Sequence record: PQ287644.1 | Length of the DNA stretch: 64,000 bases | Reading direction: 5' to 3' (one strand) | Part shown: piece by piece, positions 19,188 to 28,110 of the stretch | Position numbering within the stretch: the stretch's first letter is position 1 | Layout of the letters: the number at the start of each line of letters is the position of its first letter | Made by a program: the position numbers and the translations under genes | Notes under the pieces: generated by a model | The model's database searches: none | What the model was told of the DNA's origin: nothing | What the model saw: only the letters and a program-made list of their open reading frames with translations

Positions 19188-21472
19188 ATCCTAATGCACC
19201 CATCCCCGGGGCTTCTGGTACGGCGATGGGCCTTGGCGCCCGTCAAGGTATGTACAACCAGATGTCACCGTCCATGCAACTCCGTGGTGTTCTCGAACAC
19301 GGTCTGCAAGGGAATAGTCAGGGTGGGGGTGGAGGTTCCATCCATTGGGAACGCTACGGTAACTCCCTGTATGAAGACGCTGCGCTCCGGGAGATCCGGG
19401 AGAATGCGAATTCTGAAATTGACAGTAACCAACTCTTCTTGGAGAAGTTTTCCCGTGCTGGGGTGGAATTGATTCAGCAGCTAGGAAGACGGCAAGGGGC
19501 GTTCTATAACGAATACCGGGAGACCTTAGAAAACTTTCGTTTTGTTCCCAAAACCCCGGTTAAATGTCCCATTCGGGATGAATTCGTTAACAACCTGAAC
19601 AAGTACCCTGAAACCCTCCGCTTTATCTCAACGGCCTCTGTGCCGATGTTTGTCCAGCGACTGATTGTCCTGGGTAAACAAGGGTCTTCGGAGTTGACGA
19701 CGTCGGACTATATGGGATCCGCAGTCTTTGCCTATCGGTCGGTCTTAACCATGGAGATGATCTCCTGGTTGTGCAAGAGTCCGGCAGGTCGACAGTTCAC
19801 GTATAGACTGACCCCTGAAATCCAGAAAATGATCGCTAACCTGGAGCATTTCAAGGATACGTTTAGCCTCGCCTGTAACACGTTAGGGTGTACGAATCCT
19901 TATGCGTCCCTGGTGTACGAGGTGAAGACGCCAACCACGACGGAGAGCCATCTGATCCACGAAGCACAAACCGCCTTCCTTCATTCTAACTTTGGAGCGA
20001 ACAACGGCGTGGAATCCCAGAACGATCCAACCACTGAAGACATCTTTGAAATGGTGAGGAAACGGGCTGAGCTGGCCAGACGGGACAACCAGGGGTATAC
20101 TCGCCCTGAAGATCCTCGGTTCCAACCCCCGGAAGTCCAACGCTGGAATAAGGTCCGGAATGATCTTGAAAACCTGACCGTTAAGAACAAGGATGAGTTT
20201 GATCTCACCAGTTATTTCCATTACATCGGTAAACCCAAGCATTATCTGATTCCGGAAACTGATTGGAAGCGGATAAAGAAGGTTTATAAACGCCACCCTG
20301 AACAGTCTGCTCAAGAAGAGAGTATCCTCCCGGGTTGTTTCCGTATTGTGATTATTGACCTGGAAAAGGATAACGGCTGGTTCAGCACTGTTGTAAGGAG
20401 TCGTACACTCGATATGGTCACTGCTCTGTCTAGCCCTGAAAAGCTGTTGCCGTTGCTGGAAGCGACGGAAGACGGTAATGACGTGGTGGTCCTGCCGGTG
20501 GAGAAGGTGGTAGAGGATACCAAGTCCCTGGAGATCACGCTGGAGACCTGTGAAGAATTGGAAGGGATCCCGGTGGTTACGGTGTCTGAAGGCATTGTCA
20601 GCGCGACGTCTAAGAAGCTGATGGCGGCTGTGGTGACGACCAACACCGCCCTGAGTAAGAACATGCCAGGGACCAACGCCACGTCGTTCTCCGCTACGAT
20701 CTGGGATACCTTCACCTGTTCCGACGCTCGGGATAAAATCCGACTCAAGAACGATCTCCCGTTCCTGTTTAAAGACTTTAAGGAGGGCGATCACCCCCTG
20801 TCGTATTACCACCGGATGAAAGCGGTTAAGGAGTACTTGGATGAAGGGATTCTGGATGAGGAGTTGGGTGAGTTCATTCGGACTCGTCTGACCGCAACGG
20901 TGAATGCGTGGTTCGTCAGTTCCCTGGGGTATGAACGCTTACCCAGCTCACGGAACCATCTGTCGGTAACCGACATCGTCGAGGACTTCGACGAGCTGGA
21001 TAAGATCCTGGAAGAAGATCATCCTGAAGGGTACCGACGGTTCAATGAACCGGGAGGGTCGGGCAACTACCTGACGGAACAAATGAAACTGTTCGTTCCC
21101 GATGGGAAATACGATGGTGTGGAAAGTGAAGAGGGTGGGCTAATCCAAGAAGCTCAGAAGAAGTTGGAACTACCGTTGGAACGCCGCTTCCACATCACGG
21201 TGATCAATAAGCGCAATGGGCCGTTGCCGGATCCATCGGGAGAACCCTTGATCATTAAGCGCAGTCGATTCCCGGAGTACTTCGATCTCATAGAGAAAGG
21301 ATTCAAGGGAACGATGAAAGAGACGGATAACCTGGACGTTATTGATAAACTGATTCAATTCTCCGGAGGTGATCAACTCTGGTTATTCAGTTACTCAGCC
21401 GTCGATAAGAATGTCGCCACTCTTCGGGTGGTCAGTCGAAGAAGTCCCTTGGTCCTGTTGGATCTCTTCTGA
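19127..21472 (+). CDS. Large conserved hypothetical protein
   Basis: 781-aa ORF overlapping the end of the RNAP gene. Confidence 0.65.
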   Translation: MAMANILRPSGQVNRGTVSIDPNAPIPGASGTAMGLGARQGMYNQMSPSMQLRGVLEHGLQGNSQGGGGGSIHWERYGNSLYEDAALREIRENANSEIDSNQLFLEKFSRAGVELIQQLGRRQGAFYNEYRETLENFRFVPKTPVKCPIRDEFVNNLNKYPETLRFISTASVPMFVQRLIVLGKQGSSELTTSDYMGSAVFAYRSVLTMEMISWLCKSPAGRQFTYRLTPEIQKMIANLEHFKDTFSLACNTLGCTNPYASLVYEVKTPTTTESHLIHEAQTAFLHSNFGANNGVESQNDPTTEDIFEMVRKRAELARRDNQGYTRPEDPRFQPPEVQRWNKVRNDLENLTVKNKDEFDLTSYFHYIGKPKHYLIPETDWKRIKKVYKRHPEQSAQEESILPGCFRIVIIDLEKDNGWFSTVVRSRTLDMVTALSSPEKLLPLLEATEDGNDVVVLPVEKVVEDTKSLEITLETCEELEGIPVVTVSEGIVSATSKKLMAAVVTTNTALSKNMPGTNATSFSATIWDTFTCSDARDKIRLKNDLPFLFKDFKEGDHPLSYYHRMKAVKEYLDEGILDEELGEFIRTRLTATVNAWFVSSLGYERLPSSRNHLSVTDIVEDFDELDKILEEDHPEGYRRFNEPGGSGNYLTEQMKLFVPDGKYDGVESEEGGLIQEAQKKLELPLERRFHITVINKRNGPLPDPSGEPLIIKRSRFPEYFDLIEKGFKGTMKETDNLDVIDKLIQFSGGDQLWLFSYSAVDKNVATLRVVSRRSPLVLLDLF

Positions 21473-21508
21473 ATACTTGATTTAATCGCGATTGAATTAA
21501 AACTATTA

Positions 21509-21540
21509 ACCTACCCTAGTGGATCTCCACTAGGGTAGGT
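21509..21540. terminator. Intergenic hairpin (CCTACC family)
   Basis: acctaccctagtgga-tc-tccactagggtaggt. Confidence 0.75.
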
Positions 21541-21670
21541 ATTCCTTATTGGTTTATTTATTTAACTTACAGTTATTTTCAGATCTAAATAATCAGGGTG
21601 AATAGCAACAATCCTATTAGTTGTTAACTGTTTTACTCCCCATTTCCTACACACGAACGAGGATTCACAC

Positions 21671-22027
21671 ATGACCACTTCCAATGACAAAGCCAAAACC
21701 ACCAACAAGTCCTTCACCGGTGAGCGCAAGGAAGGTTTCGCAGCCACAACTGTCGCCGGGATCGTCGGAGGCGTCCTGGGTGCCGCCGCCCATTTCAATG
21801 GCACCAAAAACATCGGTTCGTCCCTGATCGCCGGTGCGGCCGGTGTGACCGTCGGTTGGGCGGCGGGTCGGCTGGTGGCTCCTGTTCAACACCTCGGTAC
21901 GCCGGCTACCATTCTGGGTAGTGCCTGGTCGGGACTGCTCGGTGCGTCGATCGCCATCACCGCGGGTGAACTGGCTGGTTCGGTAATGGGTGCTGCCCAA
22001 GAAGCCCTACCAAGCGCCAGCGAGTAA
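21671..22027 (+). CDS. Glycine-zipper membrane protein
   Basis: 118 aa with three GxxxG/AxxxG-rich hydrophobic segments and capsid-like codon bias. RBS gagga; followed by the ggagaagg/ccttctcc hairpin and a U-tract. Confidence 0.65.
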   Translation: MTTSNDKAKTTNKSFTGERKEGFAATTVAGIVGGVLGAAAHFNGTKNIGSSLIAGAAGVTVGWAAGRLVAPVQHLGTPATILGSAWSGLLGASIAITAGELAGSVMGAAQEALPSASE

Positions 22028-22102
22028 CGTCTGTTCCAAGGAGAAGGTTATCCCTTCTCCTCTTCTTTTTTGGTAACCCACTCAGCCAGGAAGGTGTTTA
22101 TT

Positions 22103-22267
22103 ATGAAATCCAGCGGCCTGCTTCTTCTGTGCGTTGGTGTTATGTTCGGCTTCTTGTTCGTGAACGCGAACTACGGCCAAGAGACTCAGGAAGATGAATC
22201 CCAAGAAGTGATCTTGGGACATCGTATTGCTCCTAACGGACAAGAAATCCTGGTCTACCAACACTGA
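22103..22267 (+). CDS. Small exported or membrane protein
   Basis: 54 aa. MKSSGLLLLCVGVMFGFLFVNA is signal-like or TM-like. Confidence 0.5.
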   Translation: MKSSGLLLLCVGVMFGFLFVNANYGQETQEDESQEVILGHRIAPNGQEILVYQH

Positions 22268-22357
22268 AGAACCCACCCCCCGCCTCCTTGTCCTGTTTAA
22301 GAGGGATGAGGAGGCGGGTTCTTTACGTCTCTTTCATTTTTCACATAGGGAAATACC

Positions 22358-22789
22358 ATGCTTACGCCAGATGAAGCGAAGAAACGTCGAGTAAGAGTGG
22401 CTGAAATCTTTAGTCTGATTTCGGAAGCTAATCAGCTTCTGGTTAAGGTCTCAGCCACCGCGAATGCTAACAGGAGTGAGGAGATGTTTGCGTTATCCAT
22501 GTCTCTCCTGGAAGAGGCGGATACCAAGCTGAACGCGTACAAAAAGGAATTCCCCCATTGTCTCTCCTTGAAGTACAACCGTTGGATGCAAGTCGGGGTG
22601 AATTCTGAGGGTGGGGTGAGGAATAAACAAGGGCTTCCTCAACCCCCTCTCTTGACTGAAGACAATCAGCTCTCCCCTGAGTGGGTGACTTGGTACAGTC
22701 AGGTTATGGGGTATTCCCATTCCCATGCCTTGGAGGTGGGTGAACTTCTGTTGAATGCGTATCAGAACCTTCCTCCCTCCGAAGTGTAA
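22358..22789 (+). CDS. Hypothetical protein
   Basis: 143 aa; RBS aggga. Confidence 0.55.
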   Translation: MLTPDEAKKRRVRVAEIFSLISEANQLLVKVSATANANRSEEMFALSMSLLEEADTKLNAYKKEFPHCLSLKYNRWMQVGVNSEGGVRNKQGLPQPPLLTEDNQLSPEWVTWYSQVMGYSHSHALEVGELLLNAYQNLPPSEV

Positions 22790-22845
22790 AGGATTAACGG
22801 CAAACAGTCTCCCCTCCTTAGGGGAGACTTTCTTGAGGAAGACGT

Positions 22846-23097
22846 ATGTTTAGAATGAATAAGGGTTGTTACCCTACCGGAATAAATCCTAATGGAAAGT
22901 TTCTGAGTCAAGAGGAATTGCGGAAACTCCCCAATGGGACTTATGTAACCTCCCCTTCGCACCATCATCACGTCTATCAACATGCCCGTCGTGTTGAAGT
23001 TCGGGATGGTCAATGCTGGCTGGTCACTGATCCCAGGTACATTTATTCCCTTGAAGACTTCTTTAAATACAACTTGTTCTACAGGAGAACTGTATGA
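22846..23097 (+). CDS. Small hypothetical protein
   Basis: 83 aa; RBS gagga. Confidence 0.5.
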   Translation: MFRMNKGCYPTGINPNGKFLSQEELRKLPNGTYVTSPSHHHHVYQHARRVEVRDGQCWLVTDPRYIYSLEDFFKYNLFYRRTV

Positions 23098-23228
23098 AAA
23101 AGACCTGGATGTTGACGCCTCATAGGAGGTATTCGCCAAGCAGTATGGGATTGACCTAGGGAGTAAACTGGGTCCATCCATCGTTGATTAAAAACCTTTT
23201 GTCATTAATCCATTCATAGGACACCGTT

Positions 23229-23696
23229 ATGTCGAAGAAAATGCCGCCGGACTTCCGTAAACTGCACCTGGAAGCCTTGTACACCTACCTGAATGAAACC
23301 ACGGGTGCGTGTGTCATCCTGGTTAACACTGACGCCGGCCCTGAAGTGAAAGAAATCGGTCAAGGGAACCCCAGCGTCTTCTTCAACATCGGAGGGTTCG
23401 CGGTGAAGTACCTTCATTTCCATGAGGAGTACGTTCATTTCGAATGCCGTTGCCAGGGGAAGGTATACGAGCTCTTCATCAAGTATGAAGATATCTTGGG
23501 TGTACGGTATAACAGAGACTTGATTTACCTGGGTGGGGTGTGTCGAATAGTAGGTCAGGATGAAGACGGTCGGTTGATGCTCGCCCCTGGTGAAATCACT
23601 CCTCCAGGTCAGGACGATAAGAAAGAATCCTCCGCCCCTAAACCTCAGAATGGACACACCTCTCCGTTCAAGGTCATTGAAGGCGGTAAAGACTGA
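23229..23696 (+). CDS. sspB: SspB-like ClpXP adaptor
   Basis: ALYTYL..VILVNT..VFFNIGGFAVKYLHF.EEYVHFECRCQG...LFIKYEDILGV aligns by eye with the SspB core (ALYEW..HLLVNA..IVLNISPSAVRHL....VSFEARFGG...LYVP..AV.AI). An acidic/Pro linker and the tail FKVIEGGKD follow. Confidence 0.7.
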   Translation: MSKKMPPDFRKLHLEALYTYLNETTGACVILVNTDAGPEVKEIGQGNPSVFFNIGGFAVKYLHFHEEYVHFECRCQGKVYELFIKYEDILGVRYNRDLIYLGGVCRIVGQDEDGRLMLAPGEITPPGQDDKKESSAPKPQNGHTSPFKVIEGGKD

Positions 23697-23821
23697 CCCC
23701 TCACTATCAATACCTCCGGTAGGTTATCCCTACCGGTGGTTAAATTATTCTGTTGAGTGTATCTAATACGTACATTGACCAGAATCATTTAGAATTTCAC
23801 AAACACCTGAGGTAATCCAAA

Positions 23822-24304
23822 ATGCTACCGATTAAATCACGGCTACAAGAAATGATCATCAATGCCCAACCCCTCCCCGGCGTTGTGGATGACATTTACA
23901 AAGGGTACGAGGAAGTTGGGGTGTTCCTCTCCAACTTCGATCGGGTAATCACTCAACTCCCTTTCGATAAGGATATTCTCAATCACCTACCCCGGGGTGA
24001 AGCCAAGACGGAGGACTTCTTCTTTCTCCACACCATCTACCAGGAGCGGAACAAAGGCGCCATCCATGGCTTCGGAGAAGGGTATTCAGGGAACATTCGT
24101 TTCCGGATTAAGATCGTAAGGAACACTAAAGGGGTCATTGCAGGGTTGACCGTAGGGACTCTGGGTTGGGGAATGAAAGATCTGGAACGGGATTTCAAGA
24201 ACAAACACCTGTTGCATGGGGGTGTGGATTACAAAGACGAACTCCTGGGTAAAGTGGTTCGTCATATTGAATTGGTCAAACTCTTCTACGTCGAAGACTT
24301 TTAA
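23822..24304 (+). CDS. Hypothetical protein
   Basis: 160 aa; RBS gaggt. Confidence 0.55.
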   Translation: MLPIKSRLQEMIINAQPLPGVVDDIYKGYEEVGVFLSNFDRVITQLPFDKDILNHLPRGEAKTEDFFFLHTIYQERNKGAIHGFGEGYSGNIRFRIKIVRNTKGVIAGLTVGTLGWGMKDLERDFKNKHLLHGGVDYKDELLGKVVRHIELVKLFYVEDF

Positions 24305-24328
24305 CATCTTTCAGAAGGAGTAACCCCC

Positions 24329-24652
24329 ATGGGAACAGTTCGTAAAGAAGGGAAAGAACGGACCCCTCTGTCGAGTCCCATCGTAGGTGAACTGGATTCC
24401 GTTGAATTCCATAACACCAAAGAAAACCTGGAGAATGGGACGTACCGAATTACCGAGTACGACGGGGAAATCAATTATTGTGTGTTAGACTATCTCGTTG
24501 AATCTTGGTACAGCGAGGAAGAACACACGGAATTCCTCGATAATCTACACATGGATCATCTGGCCGAGAGAATAGGTGACCCATGCTGTGAAGACTTGGG
24601 AGAGCCGTTCACCCAAATCCTACATGACAATTTCAGTGACCTTTTGACTTAA
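24329..24652 (+). CDS. Acidic hypothetical protein
   Basis: 107 aa; RBS aaggag. Confidence 0.55.
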   Translation: MGTVRKEGKERTPLSSPIVGELDSVEFHNTKENLENGTYRITEYDGEINYCVLDYLVESWYSEEEHTEFLDNLHMDHLAERIGDPCCEDLGEPFTQILHDNFSDLLT

Positions 24653-24669
24653 CAAGACGAGGGGGTGGT

Positions 24670-25455
24670 ATGAACACGTTTTACATCATTCAAGTCGACC
24701 AACGTTCCACTTCCCACCCGGGAACCATCACTCAGTATTATGCCGAGGATCCCTCTTCTCGTGGTTATCCCGATTTCAGCAAGTCCTGGATGGACTGTAG
24801 TACCTTCCACAGCCTCGAAAGTGCTACTGAAGTCATTAACCGGATGCTCACTGATAAGAACACTCGCTTCGGTGATGGTTCGGTCGATCTTCCCCTCACA
24901 TTCCGGATACTGCGTCGTGATTACAACGCACCTGTTCCCGGTACGAAATACGAGTTCGATCTCTCCATTGTCGAGTTCTCCTACACCGATCCCTCCGACT
25001 TGAAAGTCAAAACAGTTGATCGCTGGGGAGTCGACTTCATATGGGGTGGAGGAGATAAACTCGCCAGGACTTTCTACCGCGTCGAAACGAATCCCGATCA
25101 ACCCAACATGCCCTACTTGCCGGGTAAGAATGAACCAAGTCTCTTCTACCCCAAGGCATTGGAGGGCGCTCACCCGTGGGTGTACTGGTATATCCGCAGT
25201 CATGAACTTGAGTTCACTTCCGCTTCAGTTAAAACTGCTTTGGAAGAGAAAGACAAGGTCATCGGTAAAATCAGTAACCAAAGTTCCAACGTGGAGCTTT
25301 ACGACGAGATGTTTCCTAAGGCAGGGGATCAGGTTGCAGTGGGGGATCTAGTACTCCTGGGGGATGTTCTAGCTCTTCGTAACAAGAATCCCGATCTTAC
25401 CCTCGAAGAAATCCACCAGCAAAAATTGTCTCGTCGTGTTTCAGATAAACAATAA
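24670..25455 (+). CDS. Hypothetical protein, paralog A of the GAHPW-HELEFT family
   Basis: 261 aa; aligns end to end with 26484..27290. Confidence 0.65.
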   Translation: MNTFYIIQVDQRSTSHPGTITQYYAEDPSSRGYPDFSKSWMDCSTFHSLESATEVINRMLTDKNTRFGDGSVDLPLTFRILRRDYNAPVPGTKYEFDLSIVEFSYTDPSDLKVKTVDRWGVDFIWGGGDKLARTFYRVETNPDQPNMPYLPGKNEPSLFYPKALEGAHPWVYWYIRSHELEFTSASVKTALEEKDKVIGKISNQSSNVELYDEMFPKAGDQVAVGDLVLLGDVLALRNKNPDLTLEEIHQQKLSRRVSDKQ

Positions 25456-25524
25456 AGACAATCGGTCAACAGAGGCCCTGTGAGGCCTCTGTTGGTATTT
25501 ATTTCAGTAGTCAAGGAATTTGTA

Positions 25525-25989
25525 ATGGCTAGAAAAACCCTGTGTATGTTGATTCGTCATCACCAGTACGCACTGGTAACCAATGACATCCAAAAGAGCG
25601 ACTTCTTTTACACCTGCCCGTTTGAATCGACCATTGAAGGCCAACCGATTCTCTGTGCGGTGTTCTACAAGAAACCCAACCCCGAACGCATGAAAGCGGT
25701 GTATTCGCTGACGACCCTCCCCTGCCATTTGACCCTTGAAGGATGGCAAAGCCTGATTGCGGATGCGGAACAACGCGCTATCCTCGTTACTCCCAGGCGG
25801 ATCTATGATTTCCGTGGGGAGGAAATCAACGTGTGTAATGGAGAGAATAAGGGGTTTACCTTTGGAGAGGATGAATTCGTTCACCTTTTTGCTAAATACC
25901 TCGACGTTAACGTTCCGTTGGGAGCCCTCTACGGCGACAAGCGTATTGGTGAAGCATTTGAAGTTATCGCTGTAAAACCCCGTAACTAG
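25525..25989 (+). CDS. Hypothetical protein
   Basis: RBS aagga and ATG at 25525; 154 aa. Confidence 0.55.
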   Translation: MARKTLCMLIRHHQYALVTNDIQKSDFFYTCPFESTIEGQPILCAVFYKKPNPERMKAVYSLTTLPCHLTLEGWQSLIADAEQRAILVTPRRIYDFRGEEINVCNGENKGFTFGEDEFVHLFAKYLDVNVPLGALYGDKRIGEAFEVIAVKPRN

Positions 25990-26063
25990 GAGGGGTTTAT
26001 GGGTACCCAAACGATCAGTTCGGCGATTAACCTACAACCTTCCATTTCGTATTTGGGTGATTT

Positions 26064-26429
26064 ATGGAAAGAACGATTAAAGAAGTATTTGAATCGATGT
26101 CGAAGAATCTTCAAGATATCCAGCGCCTGAAGGGTCCTAACGCAAGGGTGTGTATTACCTTAGAGATTGACGGGGAAATAGTCGATTTCATCCTGCATCA
26201 GGGATATAAATATCAACCCACCCTCTTAACTGCGATTATTATCTCAATCCGTATTCAAAATGTCGAAGGTATCCATCCCCAGGGAGTCATCATGATGTAC
26301 AGTGATGGCGAATTGTCGATGGGAATCTACAAAGATGCTAAGTACGGCGGCGAAACGTTGGAAGGTGTGCTTCGTGTCGCCGAAGAATGCATGAGTGAAG
26401 TCGAAGAAATTCCACACACCCTCCATTGA
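26064..26429 (+). CDS. Hypothetical protein
   Basis: 121 aa. Confidence 0.5.
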   Translation: MERTIKEVFESMSKNLQDIQRLKGPNARVCITLEIDGEIVDFILHQGYKYQPTLLTAIIISIRIQNVEGIHPQGVIMMYSDGELSMGIYKDAKYGGETLEGVLRVAEECMSEVEEIPHTLH

Positions 26430-26483
26430 TGGAATACTCTTCCCCACGTCCTACAACCCTACCCCCCTTAAAAGGAAATCATC

Positions 26484-27290
26484 ATGTCCATTTCCTACAT
26501 CATCCGGATTGATTCCCGTCTCAATAACCAAGGAGATGCCGTTACACGCTTCTATAACGCTTATGGTGAGGCGTTTGACCATCCCCGCTATATGACCCAC
26601 TGGTACGACGCAAAAGCCTTCACAACGTTCCCTGAAGCCGTTAAAGTGGTTAAACGGATCATTGATGAGGAACAGGGGTTGTATTCCAAGGATCCTTATC
26701 GGGCGTTGTACGACCTCTGCTCCGCAGGGTTGGATCGCCCTATAGACCCGGATGGGTCCTACACCTTCGTGATTTACATTATCCGTTGCAATTCGGAGGA
26801 TCCTTCGGACCCTCGAATGGAAGTGGTGGATCGTTGGGATGTGGAGTTCTATCGGAATAAAACCCTACCCGACGGTCAGTTCACCCCTATTATACACCAC
26901 TCAGGGGATAATTTTGAAGAGAGTGACCCCGGACGCTTCTACGTCCCAGGGGACAACGAACCCAGTGTCTTCTACTGCGACCGCTTGGGCGGTGCGCATC
27001 CTTGGATTCATTGGTACATCATTACCCATGAGCTCGAATTCACCCACGAGAACATCGAATTCGCTAAGGATGAGAAAACCCGGGTAATCGAACAACTGCT
27101 GAAACAACAGAGCTGGGTGCCGTACTACAGTGAGAAATTCCCTCTCACTTCCCGGGAAATCGTTATCCACCAACCCCTGCTGTTGGGGTATGTGTTGAGT
27201 AAGCGTAATGACAATCCTTCCCTGTCGTTGGAGGAGGTCCATTACCAAGAAATCACCCGGCGTAACACCAAACCGTCTGCTCATCACTGA
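26484..27290 (+). CDS. Hypothetical protein, paralog B of the GAHPW-HELEFT family
   Basis: 268 aa; RBS aagga. PGDNEPSVFY..LGGAHPWIHWYIITHELEFT matches paralog A. Confidence 0.65.
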   Translation: MSISYIIRIDSRLNNQGDAVTRFYNAYGEAFDHPRYMTHWYDAKAFTTFPEAVKVVKRIIDEEQGLYSKDPYRALYDLCSAGLDRPIDPDGSYTFVIYIIRCNSEDPSDPRMEVVDRWDVEFYRNKTLPDGQFTPIIHHSGDNFEESDPGRFYVPGDNEPSVFYCDRLGGAHPWIHWYIITHELEFTHENIEFAKDEKTRVIEQLLKQQSWVPYYSEKFPLTSREIVIHQPLLLGYVLSKRNDNPSLSLEEVHYQEITRRNTKPSAHH

Positions 27291-27323
27291 GCATTCCGTT
27301 AATCCTTATTCCACCGAGGGAGA

Positions 27324-27671
27324 ATGAACATGAGAATGGTCCATTGGGCTCGATTGGTTAAAGAGTACCTCCAACTTCAAGCCGTCAGCGATGACCGCTA
27401 CCTGGGGGTCTGCTCAGGGTTGAGTTTGCTGTACCACAAGTACTTCCTGGCCAACGATCTCCCCCTCGAAGCCAACTACCCGGTGGTTACAGCCGCCTTT
27501 AAGGAACGGGTAGACCTGGGGCCACCGGCTAAGGAATCGGTTATGAGCGCTGAACACGCCCAAGAACTGGTTGAAACGGTGGAGGAGACCCTTCGTTACT
27601 ACGTCAAGTTCTATGCGTGGGGTTGTAACCTGAAGGCTTCCTTCTGGGCGGAGGTAAAGGGTCAGCATTAA
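27324..27671 (+). CDS. Hypothetical protein
   Basis: 115 aa; RBS gaggga. Confidence 0.55.
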   Translation: MNMRMVHWARLVKEYLQLQAVSDDRYLGVCSGLSLLYHKYFLANDLPLEANYPVVTAAFKERVDLGPPAKESVMSAEHAQELVETVEETLRYYVKFYAWGCNLKASFWAEVKGQH

Positions 27672-27728
27672 TCTTCCACATCCATTCCAATCTATGTCGG
27701 GCGCTCTTTTTCTAGAAGAGGTAACCCT

Positions 27729-27920
27729 ATGCCAAGTGTATCACGTAAACAAGCCAACCTTATGCGAGACGCCGCCCACAGCGCTGAGTTCGCTAAGAAG
27801 GTAGGTATCGATCACGAGGTGGCTAAGCATTGGTACGAGGAAGACAAGAAGGCGGGGTGGTTCGACCCCAGTTCCAATAAAGCGGAATCTTCGAAAAAGA
27901 CCCCTTCCAAGTCCAGTTAG
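27729..27920 (+). CDS. Small conserved phage protein (MPSxSxKQxxLMxxAAH type)
   Basis: MPSVSRKQANLMRDAAHSAEFAKKVGI resembles a small protein family I recall from diverse phages. RBS gaggt. Confidence 0.6.
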   Translation: MPSVSRKQANLMRDAAHSAEFAKKVGIDHEVAKHWYEEDKKAGWFDPSSNKAESSKKTPSKSS

Positions 27921-27944
27921 TCGTTTCCGTAATCTTTCCCTTGT

Positions 27945-28076
27945 AAGGGGTGCTCTCGTAACGGTAACCCTTAGCGGTTACTCGCAGTCGTCCGTGGCCA
28001 AGAGCATAAAACAGTACAGGTCTATCTATTCCTTGTGATGGGGTGAATAGGTATGACAATGGCGAACGGACCCCTT
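27945..28076 (+). ncRNA. Candidate structured RNA or leader
   Basis: Nested helices aaggggt/acccctt, tgctct/agagca, gtaacc/ggttac and ctattc/gaatag in an ORF-free gap. Confidence 0.4.
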
Positions 28077-28110
28077 TCGATTCAAGTGTAACACTGGAAG
28101 AAAAAACACA

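Noticed and set aside
22963-22976. HHHH run in the 83-aa ORF as a metal-binding site
   Set aside because: A single low-complexity run with no other ligand pattern; insufficient support.
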